Shown: positions 11,943 through 25,192 of the stretch, piece after piece
Position numbering within the stretch: position 1 is the first letter of the stretch
Layout of the letters: the number at the start of each line of letters is the position of its first letter
NCBI GenBank assembly: GCA_951406725.2
Contig: OX597819.1
Coordinates: 121,148,001-121,212,000, forward strand
Reading direction: 5' to 3'
Length of the DNA stretch: 64,000 nucleotides
Source: Octopus vulgaris
Taxonomy: Eukaryota
Position numbers and translations under genes: made by a program
Notes under the pieces: generated by a model
Seen by the model: the letters and a program-made list of their open reading frames with translations, nothing else
What the model was told of the DNA's origin: nothing
The model's database searches: none

Positions 11943-12246
11943 TTGTTTGTTCCTTCTCAAGCCCCGCCTGGTTCATAGGGCCGGTTTCCCGGTTCCCTTG
12001 GCGCATAGGTTCCCCACCTGAACGGGACGCCGGTCCGTCGCAGGTGAGCTGCAAGATGCAGGAGGAAATAGTGAGAGAAAGTTGTGGCGAAAGAGTCAGC
12101 AGAAGTTCGCCATTACCTTTTGCCGGAGCCGCGTGGAGCTTAGGTGTTTCGCTCATAAACACACACACATCACCCGGTCTGAGATTCGAACCCGCGAGCC
12201 CTCGACCGCGAGTCCGCTGCTCTAACCACTTGGCCATGTGCCTCCA
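11943..12246 (-). mobile_element. SINE family C, full length
   Basis: TGGAGGCACATGGCCAAGTGGTTAGAGCAGCGGACTCGCGG...GGTTCGAATC; same body as 9900-10200. Confidence 0.9.
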
Positions 12247-13287
12247 CATGTAGTGACCATACTGAAATTAAATTAGCTACGATCAGTTGACACTCAGGAA
12301 AGCTAAAGCAATAATCACAATGAAGTCCTGCTACTCATATAAGAATTTGTTGTTATTACACACAATTTATATAAAATACTAAAGCGTTATAGAATCTTCT
12401 CACCCCTGTAAATCATCTGAAGTTTTTCATTATGAAAATTGATTTTTAATAAAGAAACAACGACAGTTCAATTTATTGTTAAACCATTCGTTCTAACCTC
12501 AATTTATAAGGCAAAATTTTATAGTACTTCATTCCAGTTATCATACTACGGGCAACATCTGAAAGGAAATTTACTAGATCGTTACAGAACCAGTTTTATT
12601 GTAGTTTATTTTCAGCAACATCTTTTTACCATCATAATTCAAATCTCACTTGAGTTGACTATCTACCTTCCCTAAAGGGTCATTGTAAATAATAAAGGAT
12701 GCGGTCGAAAAACTTCCTAGATTTGACATGTTTGGTTGTGCAAAATATGGGAGTTTTTTTTCTTGTACTAGCCAGTAATTGTGTATTGTTCCTCAAATAG
12801 AAAACATTCTTAAAAGACTGTTGGTGTGACAGAAATTTCCGAGGTTCAGAGAAAAGACATTCTAGTTAGTGTTTAGATATTTCCGTCCATTTCCTGAGTT
12901 GAAAGCGTGCCAGACACCAGCCTTTACTTTTAAATCTCCTCAATCGATAAAAATAGGAGAATACTTAGCCATGCCAATACTAACCATGTCAATTCCATTG
13001 ACTATGATGACACTCACCCACAAAATCCCTGGCATTTTGCCAGTGAAAGAAATCATTATATATATATGATAGCGGAAACATTATTTAACATTGCGAGTGT
13101 CCGAAGATATTTTTTGTAAGTTATTTCACGGTATGTGTATGGGCAATGACCTTGATCTTTGACACTGGTGAGATTGATGCGGGAGATGTCCAGCTAGGAA
13201 TTTCTAAATCAATATTTCTATTTAAAATGTTTGCTTCAAATACGACCAGAAATTTAGTACGAATGCTTACAAGAAAATGAACAATCT

Positions 13288-13694
13288 TATATCTTTATTG
13301 CCCACAAGGGGCAAACATAGAGGGGAGAAACAAGGACAGACAAAGGTATTAAGTAGATTACATCGACCCTAGTATGTAACTGGTACTTAATTTATCGACC
13401 CCGAAAGGATGAAAGGCAAAGTCGACCTCGAGGGAATTTGAACTGAGAACGTAACGGCAGACGAAATACCTATATCTTTACTACCCACAAGGGGCTAAAC
13501 ACAGAGAGGACAAACAAGGACAGACAAACGGATGAAGTCGATTATATCGACCCCAGTGCGTAACTGGTACTTAATTTATCGACCCCGAAAGGATGAAAGG
13601 CAAAGTCGACCTCGGTTTAATTTGAACTCAGAACGTAACGGCAGACGAAATACCGCCAAGCATTTCGCCCGGCGTGCTAACGTTTCTGCCAGCT
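13288..13694 (-). mobile_element. SINE family A dimer
   Basis: Units at 13288 and 13471 (183-bp period) plus head. Confidence 0.9.
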
Positions 13695-14590
13695 CTGAAG
13701 GCCTCCAAATACCAGGTTTTCTTTTTATTACTGTTTCACGTAAAATCGGGAGCCGGCCGAAACGTTTGCTCGCCAGACTAAACGATTTGCAGCATTTCTT
13801 GTGGCTTTGCATTGTAAATTTAAACGCCATCGGGATCGATGATCTAAGAACCAGTTGGCCACTAGGTTTAATGAAATCAACTAACCCTTCACCTCCCACA
13901 CACATACACTCACATACCAAATTTCAGGCCTTGTGCGTGCAGTAGAAAGGATTATTGTTACCAAATATGTTTGCCCCGCAGAACGGAGTACAATCGAACA
14001 CAGTGCCGTGTCCCTTGGATAAGCGCACCCATTTTCTTTCGCTGTCCTTACTTTTATATCGAAAGCACTCTACATCATACAGTAGAGTACAATCCGAGCA
14101 GTGTTACTTTCTATGTTTTTGTACAAAGTCTGCATACATTTCGGATTATGCAGTTGTTAGCATTTCACCATTCACAACTACGATTCCTTGTTTTGTTTTT
14201 TCCTTCTCTTGGATTCGCTTCTGTTACTTTCCTTGCAATTTCAAATGCAAGTCCCTCGCCTCGACTTTCGTTTTAACTCTCATAAGACCCGAGAAGAAAA
14301 CACCAGGGATCTCCCGTTTTCTTATTATTCCAATTGATAATGGCTGAATATGAAGAAGGGCTAAGCATTCGGAATACGTTAACTTTCATAGATAATCAAT
14401 CATCGGTTAATGAAGCGAGTGTAGCTTTTGTTTGTCTTTATTTACAGCTTTTTAAAAAATGTCTAATATACGTAATTGGAAAAGAAAAAAACATGGATTT
14501 TGATTCTCTTCTCTTGATAATGGTAGAGCAAGAAGAAAATTAAAACTAATGGGAAATGTCTAATCATCACATCGAATCAACCAACATTTC

Positions 14591-14622
<32 letters not shown>

Positions 14623-14910
14623 GGTAGTAGTAGTAGTAGTGGTGGTGGTGGTGGTGGTGGTGGTGGTGGTGGTAGCAGTAGTGGTGGTGGTGGTGGTAGT
14701 AGTAGTAGTATTAGTAGTAGTAGTAGTGGTGGTGGTGGTGGTGGTGGTGGTGGTAGCAGTAGTGGTGGTGGTGGTGGTAGTAGTAGTAGTATTATTATTA
14801 GTAGTAGTGGTGGTGATGGTGGTGGTGGTAGCAGTAGTGGTGGCGGTGGTGGTGGTAATAGTAGTAGTAGTAGTAGTAGTAGTAGTAGCAGTAGTAGTAG
14901 TAGTAGTAGC

Positions 14911-14951
<41 letters not shown>

Positions 14952-15064
14952 AGGTGGTGGTAATAGTAGTAGTAGTAGTAGTAGCAGTAGTGGTGGTGGA
15001 GGTGGTGGTGGTGGTGGTGGTAGTAGTAGTAGTAGTAGCAGTAGTGGTGGTGGAGGTGGTGGTG

Positions 15065-15116
<52 letters not shown>

Positions 15117-15341
15117 CAGTAGTAGTAGTAGTAGTAGTAGTAGTAGGAGTAGTGGTGGTGGAGGTGGTGGTAATAGTAGTAGTAGTAGTAGTAGTAGCAG
15201 TAGTAGTAGTAGTAGTAGTAGTAGTAGCAGCAGTAGTGGTGGTGGAGGTGGTGGTAATAGTAGTAGTAGTAGTAGTAGTAGTAGTAGCAGTAGTAGTAGT
15301 AGTAGTAGTAGTAGCAGTAGTGGTGGTGGAGGTGGTGGTAA

Positions 15342-15383
<42 letters not shown>

Positions 15384-15410
15384 CAGTAGTGGTGGTGGAG
15401 GTGGTGGTAA

Positions 15411-15442
<32 letters not shown>

Positions 15443-15535
15443 ATGGTGGTGGTGGTAGTAGTTGTGGTGGTGGTAATAGTAGTAGTAGTAGTAGTAGCAG
15501 TAGTAGTAGTAGTAGTAGCAGTAGTGGTGGTGGAG

Positions 15536-15572
<37 letters not shown>

Positions 15573-15702
15573 CAGTAGTAGTAGTAGTAGTAGTAGTAGC
15601 AGCAGCAGTAGTGGTGGTGGAGGTGGTGGTAATAGTAGTAGTAGTAGTAGTAGTAGTAGTAGCAGTAGTAGTAGTAGTAGTAGTAGCAGTAGTGGTGGTG
15701 GA

Positions 15703-15740
<38 letters not shown>

Positions 15741-15873
15741 CAGTAGTAGTAGTAGTAGTAGTAGCATCTAGTGGTGGTGGAGGTGGTGGTAATAGTAGTA
15801 GTAGTAGTAGCAGTAGTAGTAGCAGTAGTAGTAGTAGTAGTAGTAGCAGTAGTGGTGGTGGAGGTGGTGGTAA

Positions 15874-15910
<37 letters not shown>
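14591..15910 (+). repeat. 1.3-kb compound (TAG)n/(TGG)n microsatellite with a higher-order unit
   Basis: Direct reading; recurring GCAGTAGTGGTGGTGGAGGTGGTGGT motif. Confidence 0.97.
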
Positions 15911-16299
15911 TTTGTTGATCTTCCAGCTTCGTTATGAAAGAAATCCGTTTCGTACCGAAAGACTTTATTATCTCATATGTTACGTAATTCACAAGAAACT
16001 TCGATTTAACCAGGGATTTCGGTCAAAGTGAAAACACGCAACGGATAATATCTTAGCAATATCTTAGGAATACATCTGTTGTATAGACAAAAGCTTGTAT
16101 TTAGTGGAATTGGCAATTACGTCAGCGTTAGAAAATATTGGGATGTGAGATAAATTCGATCTTCTCTTTATAATGTTGTTTCAATTAACACGAAAATTTA
16201 TTTTAATCGTTGGGTTTTAGGGTTTTATTTTGTTGTTCAATGTTTCCTCTAAAACTTTTGTTTATCGTTTTTGGAATTTGAGTAATATTTACTTTTTTA

Positions 16300-16496
16300 A
16301 TTTCTTCAGTCATTTGACTGTGGCCTTGCTGGAGCACCGCCATTAGTCCAGCAATTCGACCCCAGGACTTATCCGTTGTAAGCCTAGAACTTATTCTATC
16401 GGTCTCTTTTGCCGAACCGCTAAGTTATAGGGACATAAACACACCAAAACCAGTTGTCAAGCGATGTTGGTGGGGGGAGACAAACCAAACACACAA

Positions 16497-16537
<41 letters not shown>

Positions 16538-16722
16538 CACATATATATATATATATACATATATACGATGGGCTTCTTTCAGTTTCCGTCTGCCAAATCC
16601 ACTCACAAAGGCTTTGGTCGGCCCGAGGCTATAGTAGAAGATACTTGCCCAAGATGCCACGCAGTGGGACTGAACCCGGAACCATGTGGTTGGTAAGCAA
16701 GCTACCTATCACACAGCCACTC
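16300..16722 (-). mobile_element. SINE family B, full length
   Basis: Head, CORE-like motif, internal (TA)/(CA) tract and tail as at 55839-56248. Confidence 0.9.
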
Positions 16723-16769
16723 GAGATGATAGGGAACTAAATAGAAAAAAAAACCCGAACATTTTCAAC

Positions 16770-17030
16770 ACCCCCTCTCTTTATGCTTTCAATGAAGGTC
16801 CGAAAGTCAAAGCCTCTCGAGATATTTGTACTGTGTACGGAGAAAACTTATATACTCAAAGGTCTGCTCAGAGACGATTTTTCCGCTCTAAGCGGAGTGG
16901 GGAAATTCGGCCTCATTTACTCTCTGCGCTCAGACACTCGTGTTTATTTCAATGAGAATCAATTGAACAATCTCATTTGCGAGGATCCGCACCAGTCCAC
17001 TAGAGAAATTCGTCCAGCACATGGAGTTTT
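16770..17030 (+). pseudogene. Mariner transposase N-terminal HTH remnant
   Basis: LYAFNEGPKVKASRDICTVYGE...NENQLNNLICEDPHQSTREI (frameshifted), resembling mariner N-termini. Confidence 0.7.
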
Positions 17031-17062
17031 CGCATAATACCGGCACCATCCCCTTCATTCGA

Positions 17063-17228
17063 TCGGCAATACCTGGTTTTGTGCAGCAACGATGACGCAT
17101 TCTGTCTCTGGTTTAACATCAGCTACTTCGAGCTTCTTGTGTGTTCACTGACGGTCTACGATAGCGTTCTTTACTCTTTCTTCGTACTTTCCCTCTCATT
17201 TTGCACTTAGTCGTTTCTGTCCTTGCCT
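17063..17228 (-). mobile_element. R4/Dong-like LINE fragment
   Basis: Minus translation GKYEERVKNAIVDRQ*THKKLEVADVKPETECVIVAAQNQVLP, similar to the LHGKY...AAQDQ block at ~19.5-19.7 kb. Confidence 0.65.
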
Positions 17229-17480
17229 TTTGACTGTAGATCGCCTTGACTTGCGAAGGAAAGAAGCTGGAAGAGGGCTGATCCAACTACAAATCTCACA
17301 TAAAACGGATGCAAATGGTCTGCAGAAGTACTTAAAGAAGACTAATGATTGGATGATGATATTAGTGACAGAATATGAATCTCAGAAACTCTACACTGTA
17401 AATAAAATAACTGAGACATATAGAGCCGTATTACACATTACAGAAATTGAAAACCTCAATGAAGATGGCGTAATCGCAGT
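17229..17480 (+). mobile_element. R4/Dong-like LINE fragment (post-RT)
   Basis: VDRLDLRRKEAGRGLIQLQISHKT...KYLKKTNDWMM. Confidence 0.75.
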
Positions 17481-17639
17481 ATCTCATCAAGGTCGTCCAT
17501 AGACGCCCCTTTTCATGGGGGTAGTGTAATGTTTTGTGCATCACAATTTTTGGTCGTGTTTAGTTTTAAAATTAAAAAACCAAAGCTTTTGAGAATATAA
17601 ATTACAAGGGCAAGAACTTAGGTAGACTGTGAGCCATAC

Positions 17640-18032
17640 TGTTTATAATCATTCCACGGATTTCGTATATGCTTGGATTTCTCCGAATTTTTGAGGAAAC
17701 AACTGACTATTCTGTTATGTCCTTTAGTGCGCCAATCACAACTGATTCTGTTTCTGTCTCGGGTACCACGTCCTGCTTTTTTTCAATTTGAAGTCCCTGG
17801 TACATGACATATTTACCATATTCCGTGGCAGGTACATTTTTGTCAGATGGTAATGTCATATCTAAAATATGACATTATATACGATATCTATAACAAGGCA
17901 GGTCAATTGTTTTGTTTTTTTTGTGTGTCTTTAAAAATAATATCTGGGCGGTTGGCATTGATTCTGCGCTCAGTTTATACTATACAGTCCTAAAAGAATA
18001 GTGGTACTGTTACTTTCAACTACTGGTTTCTA
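17640..18032 (-). mobile_element. R4/Dong-like REL endonuclease remnant
   Basis: Minus translation TERRINANRPDII, LDMTLPSDKNV, VVIGAL with frameshifts. Confidence 0.65.
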
Positions 18033-18946
18033 TTGGAAAGCCCCCGGACCAGATGGGATTCATGGCTTCTGGTTGAAGAGATGCCACGCGGTGCATGAAA
18101 GACTAGCAGCCCAATTAAATGAGTGTGTCCAGAAAGGTACAGTCCCCGCGTGGATGGTGACTGGGAGGACAACACTTATAATGAAATATAGAAGAAAGAT
18201 GGATATTGTAGGAAACTACTGTCCCATTGCATTCCTAAACATAATCTGGAAGATACTCACTGAAATATGTGAGGCAAAAACATACACTTTACTAGTACAG
18301 GAAGAAAGACTAGTAAGGGAACAAAAAGGATGTAGGAAGACTTGTCAGGGTACCCAGGATCACCTGGTCATCGCTAAAACAATTTTGAAACATTGTAAAA
18401 AATATCATACCAACATGTCTATGGCTTGGATTGACTTTAAAAAGGCATATGGTATGGTGCCTCATTCTTGGATCTTTGAATACTTGCAGATGTTTGGTGT
18501 TGCTGACAACATCACGACTTTTCTGATGCATAACATCAAAGCGTGGAAAACCAAATTGTACTCAAGTAATGTAGTCCTTGGGGAAGTTAATATTAAAAGG
18601 GGCATCTTCCAAGGTGACTTGTTTTCTCCGTTACTTTTTGTTATTGCATTAATACCCGTGAGAATGACACTTAGGAAAGTTAAGATGGGTTACCTCTGTA
18701 GGAAGAAAGACACATCAATAGACCATCATCTTCTGTATATGGATGACCTGAAAGTCTTTGGGAAATCTGCAAAACAGATAGATTCCTTAACCAAAACAGT
18801 CCAGAAGTGTGCTAGAGACATCGGTACGGAATTTGAGATTATCAAATGCTCAGTACTTAACTTGAGAAGTGGGAAAAAAGCAGCCAAGGCCTGCAGTTAC
18901 CATTAAGGGAGACCGTGGATGAAACCGACGGTGGTGGGTATAGATA
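18033..18946 (+). mobile_element. R4/Dong-like reverse transcriptase fragment (~290 aa open)
   Basis: WKAPGPDG, EQKGC, AWIDFKKAYGMVPH, RGIFQGDLFSPLLF, LLYMDDLK. Confidence 0.9.
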
Positions 18947-19227
<281 letters not shown>

Positions 19228-20460
19228 GCCCAAGGAGGTCGAGGCCTGATCCAATTTGAACTAGCTTACAAAACAACCACAATTGGACTGGCCAAATATC
19301 TCGAAATATCGAATGACTGGATGCTAAAGCTCGTGGAAAATCACGAGAGACGAAAGAAGCTTCATTCTATCATCAAGGAAAGCAAAAAATTTGCTATTGA
19401 TCTCGTGCAGGATACCCAAACTGAACAACCCTAGGGAAGTACGGCAACTATTTTTGCAAAGAAGGTGAAAATGATGGCAATGAAAAAAGCGCACGAGCAA
19501 TTGGCTGATAGGTGGGAGGAGAAACCTCTGCACGGCAAATATGTGACCCGCAGCAAACAAGCTGATGTTGACCAGAAGCAAACCCATCAGTGGCTGCGGA
19601 GCTCAGGGCTAAAAGCAGAGAGCGAAGGTTCCATCCTGGCTGCTCAAGACCAAAGCCTATTAACCCGGAACTACTAGGCCAATGTGATGGAAAATGGAGC
19701 AGACCCAAAATGCCGATTCTGCAACGACATGATTGAAACAGTGGACCACCAAATCTCTGGATGTAAAGTCTTAGCACCAGTGGAGTATAAATTAAGACAT
19801 GACAGAGTTGGCCAATATCTCCACTGGCTAATAAGTCGGCATTATAATATCAAAACTGCCGACAAGTGGTATAATCACCACCCAGAGGCTGTAACTGAAG
19901 GAGAAAATGTAACCATTCTGTGGGACTTTCCAGTACATACAGACCGAACCATCAAGGCCAATAAACCAGATATTGTTGTGAAAGACCAAAACAATAAAGT
20001 TTGCTTATTGATCGACATGAGCATCCCCTGTGATCATAATATCTCAGCGAAAGAGTTTGACAAGCTCAGAAAATATAAAGACCTACTCATTGAAATTGAG
20101 AAAATGTGGCATCTCAAGGCGGTTACAATACCAGTGATCGTAGGAGCACTAGGAATGATCAAGAAGGGAACCGAAAATTATATGAGAATGATCCCTGGCT
20201 TACCATCCATGCAAGAAGTGCAAAAGATTGTCTTAACTGGTACATCACACGTATTGAGAAGAGCATTGTCGATGTGAGAACTGTTGCTGCTCATGTATTT
20301 TAATTTAACTTTAAAAAAAAAAATTTTTTTTTAAAATTAAAAATTAACGAACTACTGAGTTTGGTTTAATGGCCTACCAATATACACTATGAGTTTCTTT
20401 GCCCTAGGAGTCGGGAAGACACTCAGCAAGAAATGGAAGAAAATTTGAAAGAAGAAAAAA
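19228..20460 (+). mobile_element. 5'-truncated R4/Dong-like LINE (CCHC knuckle, REL endonuclease, 3'UTR)
   Basis: GGRGL, LHGKY, CRFC..ETVDHQISGC, RHD, KPDIVV, LIDMSIP, KYKDL, VGALG; two in-frame stops; (TAA)n on both sides. Confidence 0.92.
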
Positions 20461-20489
20461 AGTAATAATAATAATATTAATAATAAGGT

Positions 20490-22925
20490 TAGCCACAACT
20501 ATACAGATTAAGGCACTATTGCTGTAATAGCAAGGTTAAAGCAACCGTAACGGTATTAATGGCGAAGTCGACAATATTGGTGGAGACAACAACGGCCCCT
20601 ACATCTGTCATAATACAGGGCTCAATACTAATAATTTTAATGTAGCACAAACATCTCTAACGAAACAAAAAGGAAAACTACAACAGTATACCAAATTGAT
20701 TGTCGTATGGTTAATCTGGAGGTGTGTTTCCCTGGAGAGAGCCAGCCTGGGGTCGAAAAGTCGTCCACTGGCACAAACACTTCTCTCAATACGAACCTGG
20801 AATGTCACTTGAATGGAAACTGCCCCTAACTCGAGCCCCCGCCAAGTCCACTACCACCACACCCACCACAGAAAGAAAAATGTAAGAGGATCAAATGGAC
20901 GCGAGAAGAGTATACAGAAGTAATATACGCCTGTTACTATTCATTAGGCAGGCCATCTGAAGAGAAACACACTGCACACGCTTATCAAATATGGAGAACA
21001 CGAAATCAAAACTGCAGACTATATTTGGACGAAAACAAGTTAGCAAATGTTAGGAAGGGTACATTCAGAAATGAAAGACTCACAGATAGTGAAATAACCG
21101 CGATCAAGCACGCAGCGTAAAATGATCTAGATATAAGAGAAAGGAAATGAAGAACTAGATGAAGAGAATAAGAATAACTCGACGAGTCTCAATTGAAATC
21201 CTGCCAGCTGACCAGAGAATGCAATCGTCTGGAGAAATAGATTGTAATGAACCTGATAAAGGATGCGAGGAAAGTAGTAAAGAAACAATATTTGAAGACT
21301 ACACATTTATTGCAGAACATACAGAGTCTATTAGAGAACTGAAGCAGAAAATCCTGACTAAGCTTGAAGATAGAGAACCACGTCGTAAACTCCTAAATAA
21401 ATCCAAAATAGAAAGCTAATTAAAGTTGGAAGCTATGTAACAAAAGAAATTATACAAGAACTAAAACCAGATCTCACTGAATTAAATGAAATTATTTACG
21501 CAGCTGCTAAAAACAATTGAGACCAGTTGTATGCTTCTGAAACAAACAAAGAAATACAAACCTGAGAAGAATTCTAAACTGGAAAAGTAAAAGTGAAAAG
21601 TAGCTTGAAATAATGAGAGGTGAAATATAAATATTGAATGAAATAATCTGTTGAAACGATGTAAAAACCAGAAAAGGAAGAAAGATGAAGAGAAAACATA
21701 AATTAACACCAAGAGAAGAACTGCTTTCAGCAAATGAAACACTTTAGCAAAATCTCCAAGCAAAAACTCAAAGAATACGAAGATTTGAGAAGCAAAACGA
21801 GTTTTACAAGCAAAATAAGATGTTCACATCCAATGCGGAAGCATTTAACAGAGAAATAGGGGAGGAGATAATAAGCCTTGAAGACACCCCACTTTCCTAC
21901 CAAAGAAGAATTTGAAAACGTCTGGGAAAATATCTAGCTGAAATATAAAAATGGCGATAAGAAAATAAGTAATCTATTTTATATGGATAACTTAAAACTC
22001 TATGGCAAAGACGATAATGAGCTTCAAGGACTACTACGTACTGTGAAAGCATTCAGTGATGACATCAGGATAGAGTTTCGTCTTGATAAATGTGCCATGG
22101 CCATTTTCCAGAAAGGGAAATTGAAGATCATACATTCAATGGTGTTGGATTTTGACACAATCATAAAAGAACTCGTGCAGGAACAAACTTAGAAATATCA
22201 TGGAATAAATGAAAACTCTGGCATTCAACATGCAAGTATGATAGAGGAGATCAGGAAGGAGTGTTATAGGAGAGTTTGAGCAGTCCTAAAATACGAGTTA
22301 AATGCACGTGACAAGGTGTTAGCTATAAATTCCTTGGCAGTTCCGGTTGTTATTTACAGTTTCAATGTGTTGAACTGGAAAATGAGCGAAATAAGGAAGA
22401 TAGACAGGAAAATACGTAAGTTGTTGACTTGCAATGAGATTCACCCCCACCAAAGTCAGACGCACAACGTCTTTACCTACCCAGAGCTCAAGGAGTTTGC
22501 GGCTTGATCCAGTTCGAAATCTCCAACAAAACCACCATAATTGGACTGGCAAAATATCTTGGAATATCTAACGATTGGAGGCTAAAGCTCGTTGAAAACC
22601 ATATAAGACGTAAGGAGCTTCTTTCTGTTGTGAAGGAGAGTGAAAAATATTTAAGTGAGTTTATGCATAGTACCCAGGTTTAACAGCATGGTGGAAGTGC
22701 GGCAACTGTTGTTTCAAAGAAGGTGAAACCAATAGCAAAGCAAAATGCATTTGAACAATTGACTGTTAGGTGGGAACAAAAACCTCTGCATGGCAAATAT
22801 GTGGCCCGTAGCACACAAGCTGATGTAGACCAGAAGAACACTCATCAATGGCTACAGAACAAAGGGTGAAGGGTTTATCTTGGCTGCTCAAAATCAGAGC
22901 TTATTGACCTGAAAATATCAAGCGA
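20490..22925 (+). mobile_element. Decayed, internally deleted R4/Dong-like LINE including its N-terminal region
   Basis: RIKWTREEY N-terminal block, YMDNLKLY RT motif, AINSLAVPV; 22485-22920 is nucleotide-similar to 19228-19680. Confidence 0.8.
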
Positions 22926-23022
22926 TGGATGAGAGGATAATACAAGGACAGACATAAAGTGTGGCGGTTTACATATGATGAAATGATAAAATAATTATAT
23001 AAGAAAATTAACTGTAATAATG

Positions 23023-23303
23023 TGGAGACCTAGTGGTTAGAGCAGCGGACTTGCGGCCGAGGGATCGCGGGTTCGAATCTCAAACCGGGCGACGTGTGTG
23101 TTTATGAGCGAAACACCTAAGCTCAATGCGGCTCAGGCAGAAGGTAATGGCGAACTTCTGCTGACTCTTTCGCCACAAATTTCTCTCACTCTTTCCTCCT
23201 GCATCTTGCAGCTCACCTGTGACGGACCGGCGCCCCGTCCAGGTGGGTAACCTATTCGCCAAGGGAACCGGGAAACCGGCTTGGCTCGAGAAGGAACAAA
23301 CAA
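23023..23303 (+). mobile_element. SINE family C
   Basis: Same body and tail as 11943-12246; AACTGTAATA repeated on both flanks. Confidence 0.88.
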
Positions 23304-23479
23304 GAACTGTAATAGTAACAATGACGACAACAATAAGAACCAAATTAATTAAAATAGTGATATTAATAATATTAATTGTTTTGTGATGATGCTTGTGATA
23401 TTCATCATCATTATCAGCTTCAACACCATAATCATCATGACATTCCACGACGACTATGATAGCGATCACGTGGACCATA

Positions 23480-23892
23480 CTGATGCTGCTGTCAGTGGCA
23501 TTGCTGATGATGACGATGGTAATGATGATGATGATGATGACGACGACAATGATGATAATGATGATGATAATGATGATGATGATGATGTTGGAGACAACGA
23601 TGATGATATGATGATGTTGGAGACGACGATGATGATAATGATGATGATGATGATGATGACGACGACGACGACGACGACGACGATGATGATGATGATGAAA
23701 ACAAAGACGAAGGGAATGATAATGACAATGACGACGATGATGACGATGATGATGATGATGATTATAACAATGATGATTATGAATCTGGTCGAAGTGGTGG
23801 CTGTGGTGTTGGTGGATGTTGTGGATGCAGCTGTAGTGGCGACGGCAGTGATGATGATGATGATGATGATGATGACGACGATGACGACGACG
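23480..23892 (+). repeat. Degenerate (GAT)n/(GAC)n microsatellite
   Basis: Direct reading. Confidence 0.9.
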
Positions 23893-24557
23893 ATTCTGTT
23901 GAAAAAGAATCTGTTGCAGAAAAACATTCTATTGGAAACAATGCAATTTCTGATAAGGTACTCGCATTTAATCTTCTCAACTTGATTTTGTTTTTGTATT
24001 TTTTTTTTTTTGCTACTAAACCAGCATATCTTTCCATACCTGAACCACCAGTACATTGTCTTGTATTCCTTGCATTCTTCCTTACCTTCTTTATTCCTTT
24101 CTTTTCGCATTTTCGCGTTACGTTCGTCTTCTTTTCAAACTCACATCCTCACTGCGTCTTAAACTATGTATATCTCTGTCGTAATCTCTCTCTTCCTCCC
24201 TCCCACTCTCTCTCCCCTTCTCTCTGTCTACCACACTCTCTCACAATTCTACTCTTCTACAAGCATATTTATATTATACACTCTTTTAGACACACTAGCA
24301 ATTTTTCCAATGCTAGTTAATAAACTCTATAAACACAACAAAATTTCTCTGCAAATTATTTCATTCTCTATAAACTCATTTTACTCTTTAATACATTATT
24401 CGTTTCTTGCAGCTTTTCACGCCCATCTCCTACCATCACCTCTCACTTCCAGCCCTTCTTTGTTCCTGGCTTCGGTACACGCTTCATGATATTTATATAT
24501 ATACATATATATATATGTGTGTATGTGTATATAAATATATGTCTATGTATATGTCTA

Positions 24558-24601
<44 letters not shown>

Positions 24602-24609
24602 CATAATAC

Positions 24610-24673
<64 letters not shown>

Positions 24674-24776
24674 AGAATATATTGATACAATGGTATGACA
24701 ACAAAAGAATGAAAGAGGCCTCGATATTATGTACATGGACGAATTTATCTGTAAATATTATATGTTACAAAATACA

Positions 24777-24997
24777 TAGCCATGATAAATTTCCGAGTTT
24801 CTGATTTCGGAGCGGAAACCCACGTCGCCGCCTCTTCAGTTATTCGGCCATCGATAAAATGCTATGCTCTCTTGTCTTAATAACGGTCATTCACACAGTA
24901 ATTTCCCTTTGTTTAACGGTCATTTTCATAGCATTCTTTTGATGGTCGGTGTGGGTTTCCGCCCCGACACCCGAAACTCGGAGTTTTATCATGGCTA
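24777..24997. mobile_element. Palindromic Penelope-like remnant with a degenerate hammerhead
   Basis: Arms 24777-24866 and 24927-24997; homologous to 56294-56368; lies between (TA)n tracts. Confidence 0.65.
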
Positions 24998-25093
24998 CCG
25001 AACACTTATCACATATATTTACATATCAATAATACTCTATTTGTTCCACGTCCTCACGTTGTTGTGTTTTCTCTTTGTGTTTTCATGTTAGGA

Positions 25094-25146
<53 letters not shown>

Positions 25147-25192
25147 AATATATATCTTATATTATGTTGTGGTAACTGACTTCAAAGTTTCT

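Noticed and set aside
11943-12246. tRNA genes at SINE heads (also ~9900, 23023, 53967, 11310, 60348)
   Set aside because: A/B boxes are present, but there is no complete cloverleaf and each continues into a repeated SINE body
13691-13770. CTGAAGGCC...GGCCGAAACGTT hammerhead-like motif
   Set aside because: Core lacks G8-A9 spacing, stem I is poor, and the left part overlaps a SINE end
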